From the NCBI RefSeq assembly GCF_009914755.1, contig NC_060926.1: a stretch of DNA of 64,000 bases; one strand, given 5' to 3'. The position numbers and the translations under genes are program-made. The DNA comes from the human T2T-CHM13v2.0 reference genome, Homo sapiens. Positions 1 through 13,599 of the stretch are shown here, one piece after another. Positions within the stretch are counted from its first letter, which is position 1. Every line of letters starts with the position of its first letter. The notes beneath the pieces are model-generated. The model saw nothing but the letters and a program-made list of their open reading frames with translations, was not told where the DNA came from and made no database searches.

Positions 1-281
1 AATATCTATGAGCATTTATATGTTTAGGGAGTTGGAAGGCCCTATGTCTCCTTTTCATCCACGATATTATTTTACCACTTTAACATTCTGATCACCTGGT
101 AGTAGGTCAGTGTGACAGGGAGGAAAAGGTGGAATAGCAGGAAAACAGAGAAATTACTGAGAGAGAAGAATGGTAATATGATGTATAAAGTATTCCCTAA
201 ATCTTTTATTTGGCATACTTTCCCCAAGGAGTTAAGTACATCTTATACCAAGAAGTATCCCACATAATTCTATCTAATAGG

Positions 282-340
282 TATTAGATAGAATTGAAAG
301 TAATGGCAAAAAACACAATTACTTTTTCACTAACCTAATA
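282..340. mobile_element. MADE1 (Hsmar1 mariner MITE), right arm intact, left arm replaced
   Basis: attgaaagtaatggcaaaaaacacaattactttttcactaacctaa+TA matches the MADE1 spacer plus one TIR. Confidence 0.85.
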
Positions 341-2629
341 ATAGGGAGAAAGACCACAATGCATGTTGCACTGGACCTTATCTGCCTATAATATTTCCAA
401 TGCACATTGCATCTGTGTTGCAAAGGAAAACAAAACCACACACTTCTTTGTATCTAATAAAACTTATCAAAATGTTTACTCTTGATCTTCTTTGAAGACT
501 TTAAGGCATCAGCTTCTTTTGGGTTGTTGAAGAAATTACACCACCTTGTGTTTTCCTGGTGTTCATGTATGTAATACATATTACAAGCATTTTAAAAAAA
601 TAATTACTATCTTGATAATAAATGTTAAATTAGAAAACAATGTAGCAACTTGATTATTAACTAATTTTGATGTTTTTCTTTGTTTCCCAGTTTCATATTC
701 TTCTTGTTTTCTTTTGGACAATGTGTCACCTACTTTGTCAGAAGGGCAGCTATTAATGTAGTTGAGGTATTGTAACCTCATCCAAAGAATCAGATAAAAG
801 CTTATTTACCTCATAGGAAAAATGCATAAAGAAAATAGGAGAGATCAAAAGGAATCTTCAGTTTAGAAGCCCATTGAAATAAATGTTTAGAGACGGAAAT
901 AAAATACAGAACACGTTTAGAGAAGCTATTTTGTATCCTTGCTAAACCATCCTATTAACAAATTGGTCCCAATTCCATATATCCTAGGAGAAGCTCAAAA
1001 ATCGATTATGGATGAATGCATGGCTTAAATGTATAAACACCTGTAATTTTAATTTTTAATGTAAATCAAATGCTGCTACATTAATTTAGTGAAAAAAATC
1101 CTAGATCTGTAACTATATCCCTGAGAGACATCAGTGAACTTAAAGATAAAAATTAACTGCTCAGATTTCCCTTTCACTCATTGGTATTTAATCCTTATTT
1201 ATACTTTTAAGCCTTTTATTTTCCTCCTTTCTAGTTCCTCCTCTGTGTGTTTGCTTCTCCATATCTTACTATTATCTTTTTAAGGGAACAATCTTTATCT
1301 TGTTACTTTTTCTTTGCCTTCAGTGTCTTGTACTGAAACTGACCAATAAGAGTTAATTAATGCTCTTAATTTTACCCACATTTTAATATAATGATTATAT
1401 AATGATTAAATATGATTTTACATTTGATGAAAAGGAAGGACCTATTGAAATGCAAGAGATCCTTGTAAAATTATCAGGAATTGAAGCAAAGGACAGTGGA
1501 GAAAAGGAAATCCTAGGGCATTTTCCATGGAAATGACTGATTTTTATCCAAAGCTTTATAGTTTGTTTACAGATCTAAGTCACTCACATCATCACCATGG
1601 ATGAAAAATTTATTTTCTGAGATTTGTAACTTGTAATGTGAAACAGTAAAGCTAGGTGATTAAAGGGCTTTTGAAGATTCGCTGTTGGCGAAGGAGAAAT
1701 AGAAGTGATGGCACACTCAATAAACTTTGAAGAAAATTAATGTAGAAGGCCATTTTCATCTTCTTGAGCTAAAATTATGACAGTTCTAAGCTAAGAATTC
1801 TGAAGTACTTTTCCTATATTATGAAGTTGATTTAATCTCAAAAATCACAGCTGAGACTCAAGAATATCTTTCTGTTCACTAAGAGTTACCTTTTTGTTTC
1901 ATTATTATAATTTAGTGTTATCACAATTCCCTTGAAGGCTCTTAACTTACTCACAATCTACTAGTGTATCTGAAAGTTTTCATAAAATGTCAAGAATTGG
2001 ATTTGAAATAAATAATTTACTTATTTTAATCAATAATTTAGAGAAGGCTGAGTTAAGAAGGAGAAAAACTAAAAAAGCAAGTGGAAAACTAAAGGAAAGA
2101 AAAAATAGAATTATAATGAAAAGCTCCAAGGTATAGTTTTCAATTCAGAAGAGGGGAATATCTCAAGAGACAAGAAGATACACCTCAAGAATATAGAGCT
2201 CCTAGGAGAGAGATTTGGCCCTCCTGGGAATAAGAATGTGGAAGGCCTGTGTGGATAATTGTGTGATGTGTAACACCAGGTAGTTAGATTGCCAGTGGCA
2301 CCGGTTCAGAGGATCAACTTGAAGCACACACAGAAATCCTGGAAATCCAGGAGCTTGGATTATACACAGTGAACCCAAGTTGATATGTTTTAAAACCTGG
2401 ATTCCAAGGACAGTGATTATTTCACTTAGAATGCCAAAGACCAGAGCTCTGTAAGCATGATTAACATTCAGGAAAAAAACTAATTTAATATCTGCATTGG
2501 AAGTAAATAATAAACACAAAATCATGAGCAAAGGTGGTAGTGATTAATGGGGGAAATTTATTCATCACAGGTTGGCAAGTGGTACGAGAGCATTCCAATG
2601 GTCTGTGCCAAGGTTGAGCGTGGGTGTGG

Positions 2630-3190
2630 AATAATGTCAAGAGCTGAGGCTGCAAAGGAGGCCGGGCCAGACCCTGAAGGGGCTTCTAAGCCTCACTAAA
2701 GAATTGACACCTAATCTTGCAAGGGATGACAACCAAAGGTTTAGACATTGGAAAGTGAAGGAATCAGGTTTTTCATTTGTAAAGATCTCAGGGCTTCGTT
2801 GAAGCTGGCAGTGGGTAACCACTGTGGGTGTCTGCTGGGTGGGGGTTTAAGCCACAGTGATATGAAGTGGAAAGGACATGGGGCTGAGAGAGTTAGGGCT
2901 TGGAATTCTGAGCACTGTCCCTTCACACTTGGCATACACATTTTCCTCATTTCCATGACCTGGTCCCTTCTTCCTCCCCCATCTCATGTCATCTCATCTT
3001 CTCCCTCCTGCTGCCTCAGCTCCACACAATGGCTTTCTTTAGTTTCCTGAACATGCTACACTGTTCCCACCTCAGGGCCTTTGCCTGTGCTGTTCTGTAT
3101 GCCTGCCATACTGTTCCCCCTGCTTGTCCATTCTTCCTTCAGGTCCCAGCTTACGGACAACCTCTTCAGACATCCCTTTTCTGACCACTT
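2630..3190. mobile_element. Old L2 fragments, apparently in both orientations
   Basis: L2-like phrases (gggccagaccctgaaggggctt, ttcccacctcagggcctttgc); highly diverged. Confidence 0.55.
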
Positions 3191-3194
3191 GACA

Positions 3195-3445
3195 GTGTCA
3201 CAGTGGTTACAGCATAGGCTCTGGGCGAGACTGCCTTCGTTAGCATCCCAGGTCTGCCCTGTTGTTGAGCGTGCAGGCTGAAATTTTATGGTACAGGCTG
3301 GCCTTGGGCAAGTTATTTAAACTCACAATCCCCTTTTGCCATCTAAAAGATGGGAATAATAGTGTAGATTACGAGAGTTAATCACTGGGCTGCATTAGGA
3401 ACAGTGGCTGCCACACAGCGCTGTAAGCATTAGCTATTATCATTT
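3195..3445 (+). mobile_element. MIR (partial second copy at ~4368-4532)
   Basis: MIR core: cagtggttacagcataggctctgg...ccttgggcaagttatttaa...catctaaaagatgggaataatagt. Confidence 0.75.
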
Positions 3446-4532
3446 TTACTTTTCACGTGTTAATAACTTGCCCACACTCCAGGTAGATTTCTCCTACTCC
3501 CTGCAACACATTAACTTAAAAAATGTCTCCATAAAGTCATAAAAATAATGTTGGTTTCTGGACAGCAATAAAGCTAACACATTCTACCTTGTATATCAGG
3601 AAGTGGCTGTTCAGACCTGAGGGGACTCCCAGGGATGATCTGGCTTCCCAGACTCCACTATCCCCTAGGATGACACCATGATTGCTTCTCTGTTTGTGCA
3701 TAGGCACTTCTGATTACAGAATGTCCACTCTCCTTGTATCCCATAAAACCTGGCATACCATTGGTGTGACTATTTTTTAAAAGGCTATAACGTTATCTAC
3801 CCAAAATGGTATAATTATTAACTCTTGTTGGTAGGAGTAGAGCTTATTTTTACCCTTTTGTTAAACATTTTAGTATTCTCCATTTTAGGTGTATCAGAAG
3901 GCTTTACTTCATAATCGAGAAATCGATATTTACATTTTGAAAAATTTATTAAGCTCTCACTTTTGTAATTTTCCAGGTAAACCATTCCATGATTCACCTT
4001 CTATTCAAACACAATAAAACACGAGGTGAGAAAAGTATAACATAATGTTATTTTCACTTTTTCTTCCTATGTGAGGTCCTGTTATTAAATGCAATAAATA
4101 TTTGATTAAAAAGAAACGTCTTCCTAAGTACATTCTATGATCTTCCCCGTGACTTGCTGGCAAACCAGGCAGACAGTAAGTTAGCACCCCTGTGGTGAAC
4201 CTGACGGGCGCCCGAGGTCTCTTCTCTCCAGGTCTGCGTGAAGATGTAAAGACGGGGAAAGCTCTGCCACACCAGTACATGATTTGTCTGTCCAGCCCAT
4301 TTGAGATGCACATGGACACAGTATGAAGGACCAAGGAGGTCTGCCCTTTCTTGGGAATGATGCCAAATGTGTCGCAGTAGTTACAGCATAGATTTTGGGC
4401 CAGGCTGTCTTTGTTAGCATCCCAGGCCTGCCCTTCTGTTGAATGTGCAGGCTGAAATTTTACTGGGCAGGCTAGGCTTGGGCAAGTTTTAAAAAGTCAG
4501 GGTCCACTTTTGCCATCTATAAAATGGGAATA

Positions 4533-4645
4533 GACTGGGCATGGTGGCTCATGCCTGTAATCCCAGTGCTTTGGTAGACATAGGCAGGAGGCTCGCTTGA
4601 GGCCAGGGGTTCAAGACCAGCCTGGGCAACAAAACAAAACCCCTT
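4533..4645 (+). mobile_element. FLAM/Alu left monomer
   Basis: gggcatggtggctcatgcctgtaatcccag...ttcaagaccagcctgggcaaca. Confidence 0.85.
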
Positions 4646-4768
4646 ATTCTTTTTCCCATAATGACTGTGCCTACTCACACTCATACTAACAGGGTACACA
4701 TTTTTTTTTCTCTCCACATCCTAGCTAACATTTATCTTTTGTCTTTTTGAACTACCAACGGCCATTAA

Positions 4769-5077
<309 letters not shown>

Positions 5078-5186
5078 TATGAAGCCATTCTAACAGGTAT
5101 GAGGTGATAGCTTGTGGTTTTGATTTGGATTTGCCTGATAATTAGTGATGATGATCACTTTTCACATACTTGTTGGCTATTTGTAA

Positions 5187-6451
<1,265 letters not shown>

Positions 6452-7098
6452 TGTATGTCTTCTTTTGAGAAACGTCTATTCAGCTCCTTTGCCCATTTTT
6501 AAATTGGGTTGTTTCTTGGTATTCAGTTGTCTGAGTTCCTTATATAATTTGGATATTAGCCCCTCATTGAATACATTAATTTTTATTGAATACATTAAAT
6601 ACATAAATATTGCAAATATTTTCTACCATTTCACAGGTTGCCTTTTCACTCTATTGATTGTTTCCTTTGCTGTGCAGAGGCATTTTAGTTTAATGCAATC
6701 CTGCTTGTTAATTTTTGTTTTTCTTGCCTGTGCTTTTGGTACCTATTTCTAAGTATTTTATTCTTTTTGTTGTTATTGTAAATTGATTTTGTTCTTATTT
6801 TTTTTGGATAGTTCATTGTTTGTACAATTTGTTCAACATTTCAGCCAAATTCTTCTTATCAGCTAGCTTTTGGCATCTGTCCCAGGGAAGAAAGTGCTTA
6901 CATTCCATCCTCCTTGGAGATGTCAGACTTTCCTTAAATTTCGGGTTAATTGGTCATCCTGTAACTTTGTTCTCTGATGCATTTTAAAAAGTTAAAAAAA
7001 TTTTTGTCAGATTATCCAGCATTTGTTTGTTATAATAGCAAACAAATGGTGGGAGCAAGTTTTCTTTTCTTTTCTTTTTTTTCCCCCTAGCTTTCTAC

Positions 7099-7796
7099 TA
7101 TTGGGGAAATATAATTTAATACAAAAATCTTCTCCTAACCTAAAAATCTTCTCCACAAAGGTAATACAGAAGAAAAACACTTTTAGTATTAAGTTACTCA
7201 ACCAGAATGTGGTGTGCACTACACGCAATCTGCTAAGAGATTGCAAAGAGAAAGAAATCTCACTCCTTTTTATAGCCAAGCAGTTACAACTCATTATATA
7301 CACGTTTTCAAGAGACACAATAACTAGTTCTCAAGTAAAAGGGACTTGACAATACTATATGCTACACATGATTCATCCTAACTTTACCTGGTAATTGGGG
7401 TGACCACCTGTTGTGGCTAAGTAGCTTTATTGGAGGAAAAACAAGCTTGTCATTTCTTTATGTCAGGAGGAAGTTTTGCAACTTCAAGATAGGTGCCTAC
7501 AGAAGTTAAGCTTCTATCCTACAAAAACCGAGAGACAGGGATGCTATCTCTCTTGATGTTAGCATTTCAAAAAGATGGTTCCTAGGTCCTTGCGAAAGAC
7601 ATTCCTGGGCCATAAAGCTGACCAAAGGCCTATCTAATCTTCAAAAGGATTTATAAACATTTCAAAGAGATGAGAAAGTACATACAAGTTTTCTAAGGTA
7701 AATGCTCTAAGAAAAAGGAGGAAAGTGAAATCTCTTCCCCCATTTTCAACAGGGAGAATGAAGACTCTTATTTTTAAATTTGTATTTGGCCTCACA
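7099..7796 (-). mobile_element. ERV1 (MER4-group) solo LTR, MER72-like
   Basis: Minus strand starts TGTGAGGCCAAATACAAATTTAAAAATAAGAG...CTCCCTGTTGAAAAT, resembling MER72; ~700 bp. Confidence 0.65.
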
Positions 7797-8059
7797 CCGT
7801 CTCCTATGCAGCAGCTGACATCTCTAGGCTAATCTGATAATGAAATGGTCTTGCAGTGATTTCCAGCAAAACTCTCCTATATATTTTCCTCCTGGGATTT
7901 CAGGCCACATTATTAGGGACCATGAAGCCTACATACCTCATATTACTTTAGAACCTGTCTGTAAAGGGAGAAATAAGCCCAGAACTTAACCACCATGTGT
8001 GCAGAGGGTGGTGCTCCTTCTTCTGAGTTGTTCTGTGTGGTGAAGCCAGGAAGGATGAA

Positions 8060-8250
8060 GATAATAATAACAACAACAAACACGACATAGTTCTTACAAT
8101 ATACTGAGCAGTGTTTTAAGTGTTTTATGTACATCAATGTATCTAATCCGACCAATAACTCTAAATAAGGAAACTGCCCAAGAATACCCAATATTAAGTG
8201 ATGGAGCCGGGTTCTGACTTCAGCATCAATGTCCCTACCCAATGAACTCC
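8060..8250 (-). mobile_element. MIR
   Basis: Diverged MIR antisense text (ttttaagtgttttatgtacatc...gatggagccgggttc). Confidence 0.55.
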
Positions 8251-8559
8251 ATGCACTTATAATAAAATCTAACATCTCTGATAATCCAGCAAAGATGGCT
8301 CACTGATGCTTGTGCCTCTTTACATGCCACACCCTGGCTATGTTGCTTTCCAGTCAGTTGCTTGACCTTGTCTGCCTGTGTTTTTCTCAGGGCTGTTCTA
8401 CATGCCCCACTGTACTTTTAGAAGGTTGGAATGTGCTTCCTTCTGTGCCTCATTTGAAATACTACTTTTTCTTTGTGACCTTGATGCCGTCCAATCTAAA
8501 TTAGATTACCAATTGTAATCTACAGGGCACAGAAAGGCTTTTTCTTTTCAACATCACAG

Positions 8560-8710
8560 TATATCATGTCTTTCATTGTTGAATGTCCATCTTTTTCACC
8601 GAACTGCAAGGTTTATGTAAACAAGAACCATTTTTTTTCTAAACTTATGATACCTAGAGCTTAGCTAGTTTCCTGGCACAGAATGACCACTCAATAAATA
8701 CTTGTTGGAA
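8560..8710 (+). mobile_element. L2 3' end
   Basis: cctggcacagaatgaccactcaataaatacttgttgga is the L2 3' terminus pattern. Confidence 0.6.
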
Positions 8711-10171
8711 AAACAAAACATGCATATAAAATAGATATCATGGGGAACTGGGAAGAGGAAAGAGGCAAAGTAAGAGCACAAAGCAAGTAAAATTAAAGAA
8801 CTTGTGAGTTCATTTTATGCAATCTTTTCAATTTCTAGAGGAGAAAACTACAGCTCACGCAGATATAGGTCACACGACTAGTATGATGAAACAGACTTTA
8901 ACATGTGTTTTGTGGCCATGTTCTTTTCACTTGCTTTCTAAAACCTGTCAAACTGTGTCTTGAATTTATGGGAAAAATCTTTCCATTTATATAGCTATGT
9001 GCATAGTTTTAAAAATAGGTTAATTTTAGGATATAAAGTTGTTTTTTAGTCATGCATTACATGTGGCATGGTTTTAAGTAAATATATGCATCATATATGC
9101 TAACAAAGAAACTATTTGCCCAGAATTTGAAATCCAAATTAGATCCCTTACTTAATTCTGTCTTTGGCTATTATAATACTGTAGATTCTATTAATTTGAT
9201 GTTTGTATATCTAGGAGTAAAATTAGATAAATTATGGTCAGAATTTCTAAGCAATATATGAGGTAAACTAAATTTAAGAGAGTAAAGGAATTTGTTAAGT
9301 ATGAGCAGTCAGGAGAAGTCATGTCAAGATAACTGATTTTTAGAGATAACCATAGACTGCAGTATAAGTTTGGAAGGAATCACTTAATTTTGGAATTGTA
9401 GGGTCTATAATTATAGCATTGTTGTTTTCTGTTTTGTTAAAGTGTGTTAAAATTATGTTTAAGAGAACTAGAGTCATTGGAAAATACTAAATTTTGTTCT
9501 GAAAATAAATGTCCCCAAATGTAATCATTTATCAGACACCTGTGTCATCTTGATGTTGATTTGAGGATGATTTTTTAATTCTTCCCTGTAAGATCAAAAT
9601 ATAAGAGAAATATTTCCTAATTAACAAAAGAACGTGATGCTTTGTTTTGGTTCTGGGCCTCCTGGAGCATCATGAGAAGGCATAGGGATGCTCAGCCTGA
9701 AGAGCAGGAGATGCTGCAGGCAGGACAGCTGGCCTGAAAGAAGTGGGAAAGGTGAGATTGGTTGAGTCAATACATTTTGACCAAGCTGGGGCACTGACTG
9801 AGACATAAGCACCTGCATTTGCACTGATGTCAACCAAGAGGCACTATAACAGCTGAAACAAAATAAAACCAGAGACACAAAAATACAGATTGGGAAATTG
9901 AGCAGACTTACTCTTGGGTACTTATGAAAGGGCCTTGAGAATGCCAGTATTATGGTGTGGAGAGTTATATGGTACTAGCAGAAACCTGAGATCTTGAATT
10001 TACCGGTTAGGGAAAAGAAAAGGAGGAACTGTGGTATTTGTCTTTATGTAAGTATTTCCTTCATGCTGTGTTACTCTCCCCATTCACCCATCCTTTCATC
10101 CAGCATCCAGTGATAGGTGATCAAACTGTCTTTCTAGGCCCTGCTCAAATTTTATCTTTACCAAAATGTTT

Positions 10172-12515
10172 TGATATGGTTTGGCTGTGTCCCCATCCAG
10201 ATCTCATCTTGAATTTCCACATGTTGTGGGAGAGATCTGTGGGAGGTAATTGAATCATAGGGGCAGGTCTTTCTTGTGCTGTTCTTGTGATAGTGAATTT
10301 GTTATGAGATCTGATGATTATATAAGGGGGAGTTTCCCTGCACAAGCTCTCTTCTCTTATCTGCCGCCATGTGAGAAGTGCCCTTTCATCTTCTGTCATG
10401 ATTTGAGGCATCCCCAGCCGCATGGAACTGTAAGTCCATTAAACCTTTTTTTTCTTCCTATTCTCAGGTATGCCTTTATCAGCAGCATGAAAACAGACTA
10501 ATAAAGTAAATTGGTATCAGTAGAGTGGGGCACTGCTGAGAAGATACCTGAAAATGTTTAAGTGACTTTGGAACTGGGTAACAGGCAGAGGTTGGAACAG
10601 TTCAAAGGGTTCACAGACAGGAAAATGTGGGCAAGTTTGGAACTCCCTAGAAACTTGTTGAATGGCTTTGACCAAAATGCTGATAATGGTGTGGACAATG
10701 AAATCCAGGCTAAGGTGGTCTCGGATAGAGGTGAGGAACTTTTTGGGAACTGGAGCAAAGGTGACTCTTGTTATCTTTTATCAAAGAGACTGGTGGCATT
10801 TTGTTCCTGCCCTAGAGATTTTTGGAACTTTGAATTGGAGGGAAATGATTTAGGTATCTGGCAGAAGAAATTTCTAAGCAGCAAAGCATTCAAGAGGTGA
10901 CTTGGGTGCTGTTAAAGGCATTTAGTTTTAAAAGGGAAACAGAGCATAAAAGTTTGGAAAATTTGCAGCCTGACAATGCAATAAAAAAGAGAATCCCATT
11001 TTCTGAGGAGAAATTGAAGCTGGTTGCAGAAATTTGTATTAGTAACAAGGAGTCAAATGTTAATCCCCAAGACAATGGAGAAAATGTCTCCAGGGCATAT
11101 CAGAGGTCTTCACAGCAACCCCTTCCATCACAGGCCTGGAGGTTTAGGAGGAAAAAGTGGTTTTGTGGGCTAGGCCCAAGGTCCCTGTGCTGTGTGCAGC
11201 CTAGGGACTTGGTGCCTTGTGTCCCAGCTGCTCCAGCCATGGCTGAAAGGGGCCAATGTAGAGCTTGGGCCATGGCTTCAGAGGGTGCAAGCCCCAAGCC
11301 TTGGCAGCTTCCATGTGGTGTTGAGCCTGTAAGTATACAGAAGTCAAAAATTGAGGTTTGGAAACCTCTGCCTAAATTTCAGAAAATGTATGGAAATGCT
11401 TGGATGTCCAGGCAGAAGTTTGCTGCAAGGGCAAGGCCCTCATGGAGAACCTCTGCCAGGGCAGTGCAGAAGGGAAATGGGGGTTGGAGCTGCCACACAG
11501 AGTCCCTAATGGGGCACTGCCTAGTGGAGCTGTGAGAAGAGGGCCACTGTCCTCCAGACCCCAGAATGGTAGCTCCACCAACAACTTGCACCATGTGCCT
11601 GGAAAAGCTGCAGACACTCAATGCCAGCTTGTGAAAGAAGCAGGAGGGGGGCTATACCCTGCAAAGCCAAAAGGGCAGAGCTGCCCAAGGCCATTGGAGC
11701 TTTCCTCTTTCATCAGCATGACCTGGATGTGAGACATGGAGTCAAAGGATGTCATTTTGGAGCTTTAAAATTTGATTACTTCAGTAGATTTCAGACTTGC
11801 ATGGGCCCTGTAGCCCCTTTGTTTTGGCCAATTTCTCCCATTTGGAATGGCTGTATTTACCCAATGCCTGTACCCCCATTTTATCTAGGAAGTAACTAAC
11901 TTGATTTTGATTTTACAGACTCATAGGCAGAAGGGACTTGCCTTGTCTTGGATAAGGCTTTGGAATGTGGACTTTGAGCTGTTGCTGAAATGAGTTAAGG
12001 CTTTGGGGGCCTGTTGGGAAGGTGTGATTGCTTTTGAAATGTGAGGACATGAGATTTGGGAGAGTCCAGGGGTGGAATGATACCTAAATCATTTCCCTCC
12101 AGTTCAAAGTTCCAAAAGTCTCTAGGGCAGGGACAAAATGCCACCAGTCTCTTTGATAATAGATAACAAGTCACCTTTGCTCCAGTTCGCAACAAGTTCC
12201 TCACCTCCAAATCTCATCTTGAATTCCCACATGTTGTGGGAGGGACCCAGTGGGAGGTAACTGAATCATGGGGTCACTTTCCTGTGCCATTCTCATGATA
12301 GTGAATAAGTCTCATGAGATCTGATGATTATATAAGGGGAAGTTTCCCTGCACAAGCTCTCTTCTCTTGTCTTCCACCACGTGAGATGTGCCTTTTACCT
12401 TCTGTTATGATTGTGAGGCATCCCTAGCCACATGGAACTGTAAGTCCATTAAACCTTTTTTTTGTTTTCAGTCTCAGGTATGTCTTTATCAGCAGCATGT
12501 AAATGGACTAATACA
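10172..12515 (+). mobile_element. THE1 (MaLR) two-LTR element: 5' LTR 10172-10505, internal 10506-12077, 3' LTR 12078-12515 (rearranged start)
   Basis: tgatatggtttggctgtgtcccc...gactaata LTR ends; THE1-int text gives the ORF-track entries at 10562-11899; polypurine ggggtggaa precedes the 3' LTR. Confidence 0.95.
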
Positions 12516-12619
12516 GTCTTCCTTTGTCTCTTAACAAAGTTAATCTCCTATATTTTATTAATCATCTGATGAATAAATGTTTGAGTCTGTTTTTGTTTCA
12601 AGCATATTTCAGAGTCTTT

Positions 12620-12780
12620 TTTTGCATTAATCCTCAAATAACTTTTAAGTAGGTATTTTTATTATTCCCAGTTTGGGTTCAAGAAAGGTTATGTACTTGC
12701 CTGAGGTTATACATTTAGAAAATGCTGAAGCCAAGGTCAAACCCAGGTAATGCCATGCCAGAGCCCACAGTTTTTGCTCT
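12620..12780 (-). mobile_element. MIR
   Basis: aagtaggtatttttattattcccagttt...acttgcctgaggttatac...gtcaaacccagg. Confidence 0.65.
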
Positions 12781-12806
12781 TTCTTGCCATAGGATTTAAG
12801 CTAGAG

Positions 12807-13265
12807 CAGTGTTTCCTTATGTAGGGGCACATACCCTGGTGCATGAGAGGACTTAGGTGGTATATGCAAGGTCATTAAGCATTATTGAATCATATATGAA
12901 TATTGGTCCATTTCCAACCCTTCTGAACACATCAAGGAGAAAGTTTTATTTTGGTCCTGGTCTTGAACAACACTCACATGTGTGGTGTCTTTCTTTGGGG
13001 GTAGGGGGAGGTAAGACAGGCAACCCAATCTAGATAACATTTCATAAGGCTTTTTGTTTCCATCATATGTATTTCACAGTTGTCTTTTATTTATAAAAGC
13101 TTCTACTGGTTCTTTATTTATGTTTAATGGTATGAAATATGAATTTTAATAATTTAATGAAAGTTGATTGAAGAAAGATATGAAGTAGGCAATAGTAGGT
13201 AAATAATATCAATATGGCAAAATCATGATGATGGCACCCTAAATGACTTATTTGGAGAACACTGG
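12807..13265. mobile_element. hAT-Charlie-type DNA transposon relic
   Basis: Terminal inverted repeats cagtgtttcc ... ggagaacactg; subfamily not determined. Confidence 0.5.
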
Positions 13266-13599
13266 ACTGGACAAATTCCTTTAACAATGAAACCTGAAAT
13301 TACACAAAAGTCCTGGCCAGTGTAAGCAGTGGGTGTTCACATGGTTGTGGGAGGCTAGTTGTGTTTCATGTGATCAGACACTTTAGAAGTGTACCGTATT
13401 GCATTTTACTTACTAGCTCTGTCTTCCCTGTGTGCTCCTCATGGGGAGGGATGATCTATTCTTTTATTTTCCTAGAATGCCTGACCTTTATTGGTGCCTA
13501 GGAAATATTGGCTGAATGAAAATATAAATATATATTTAATGATATTACTTATAGTGGATCATAAGATTATATGATAAGCATGCCACATGTAGGTACCTT

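Noticed and set aside
4180-4200. CTCF-like motif (reverse strand CACCACAGGGGTGCTA)
   Set aside because: The 5' half fits the core consensus poorly; unsupported without a PWM score or ChIP data.
10562-11899. Long ORFs (up to 212 aa) in the ORF track
   Set aside because: They lie wholly within THE1-int. The same peptides recur in the MST internal region at 54467-55887 and are split across frames, so they are MaLR relics, not a host gene.
10167-12520. Target-site duplication of the THE1 element
   Set aside because: The flanks (tgttt vs gtctt) do not match well enough to claim a 5-bp TSD.
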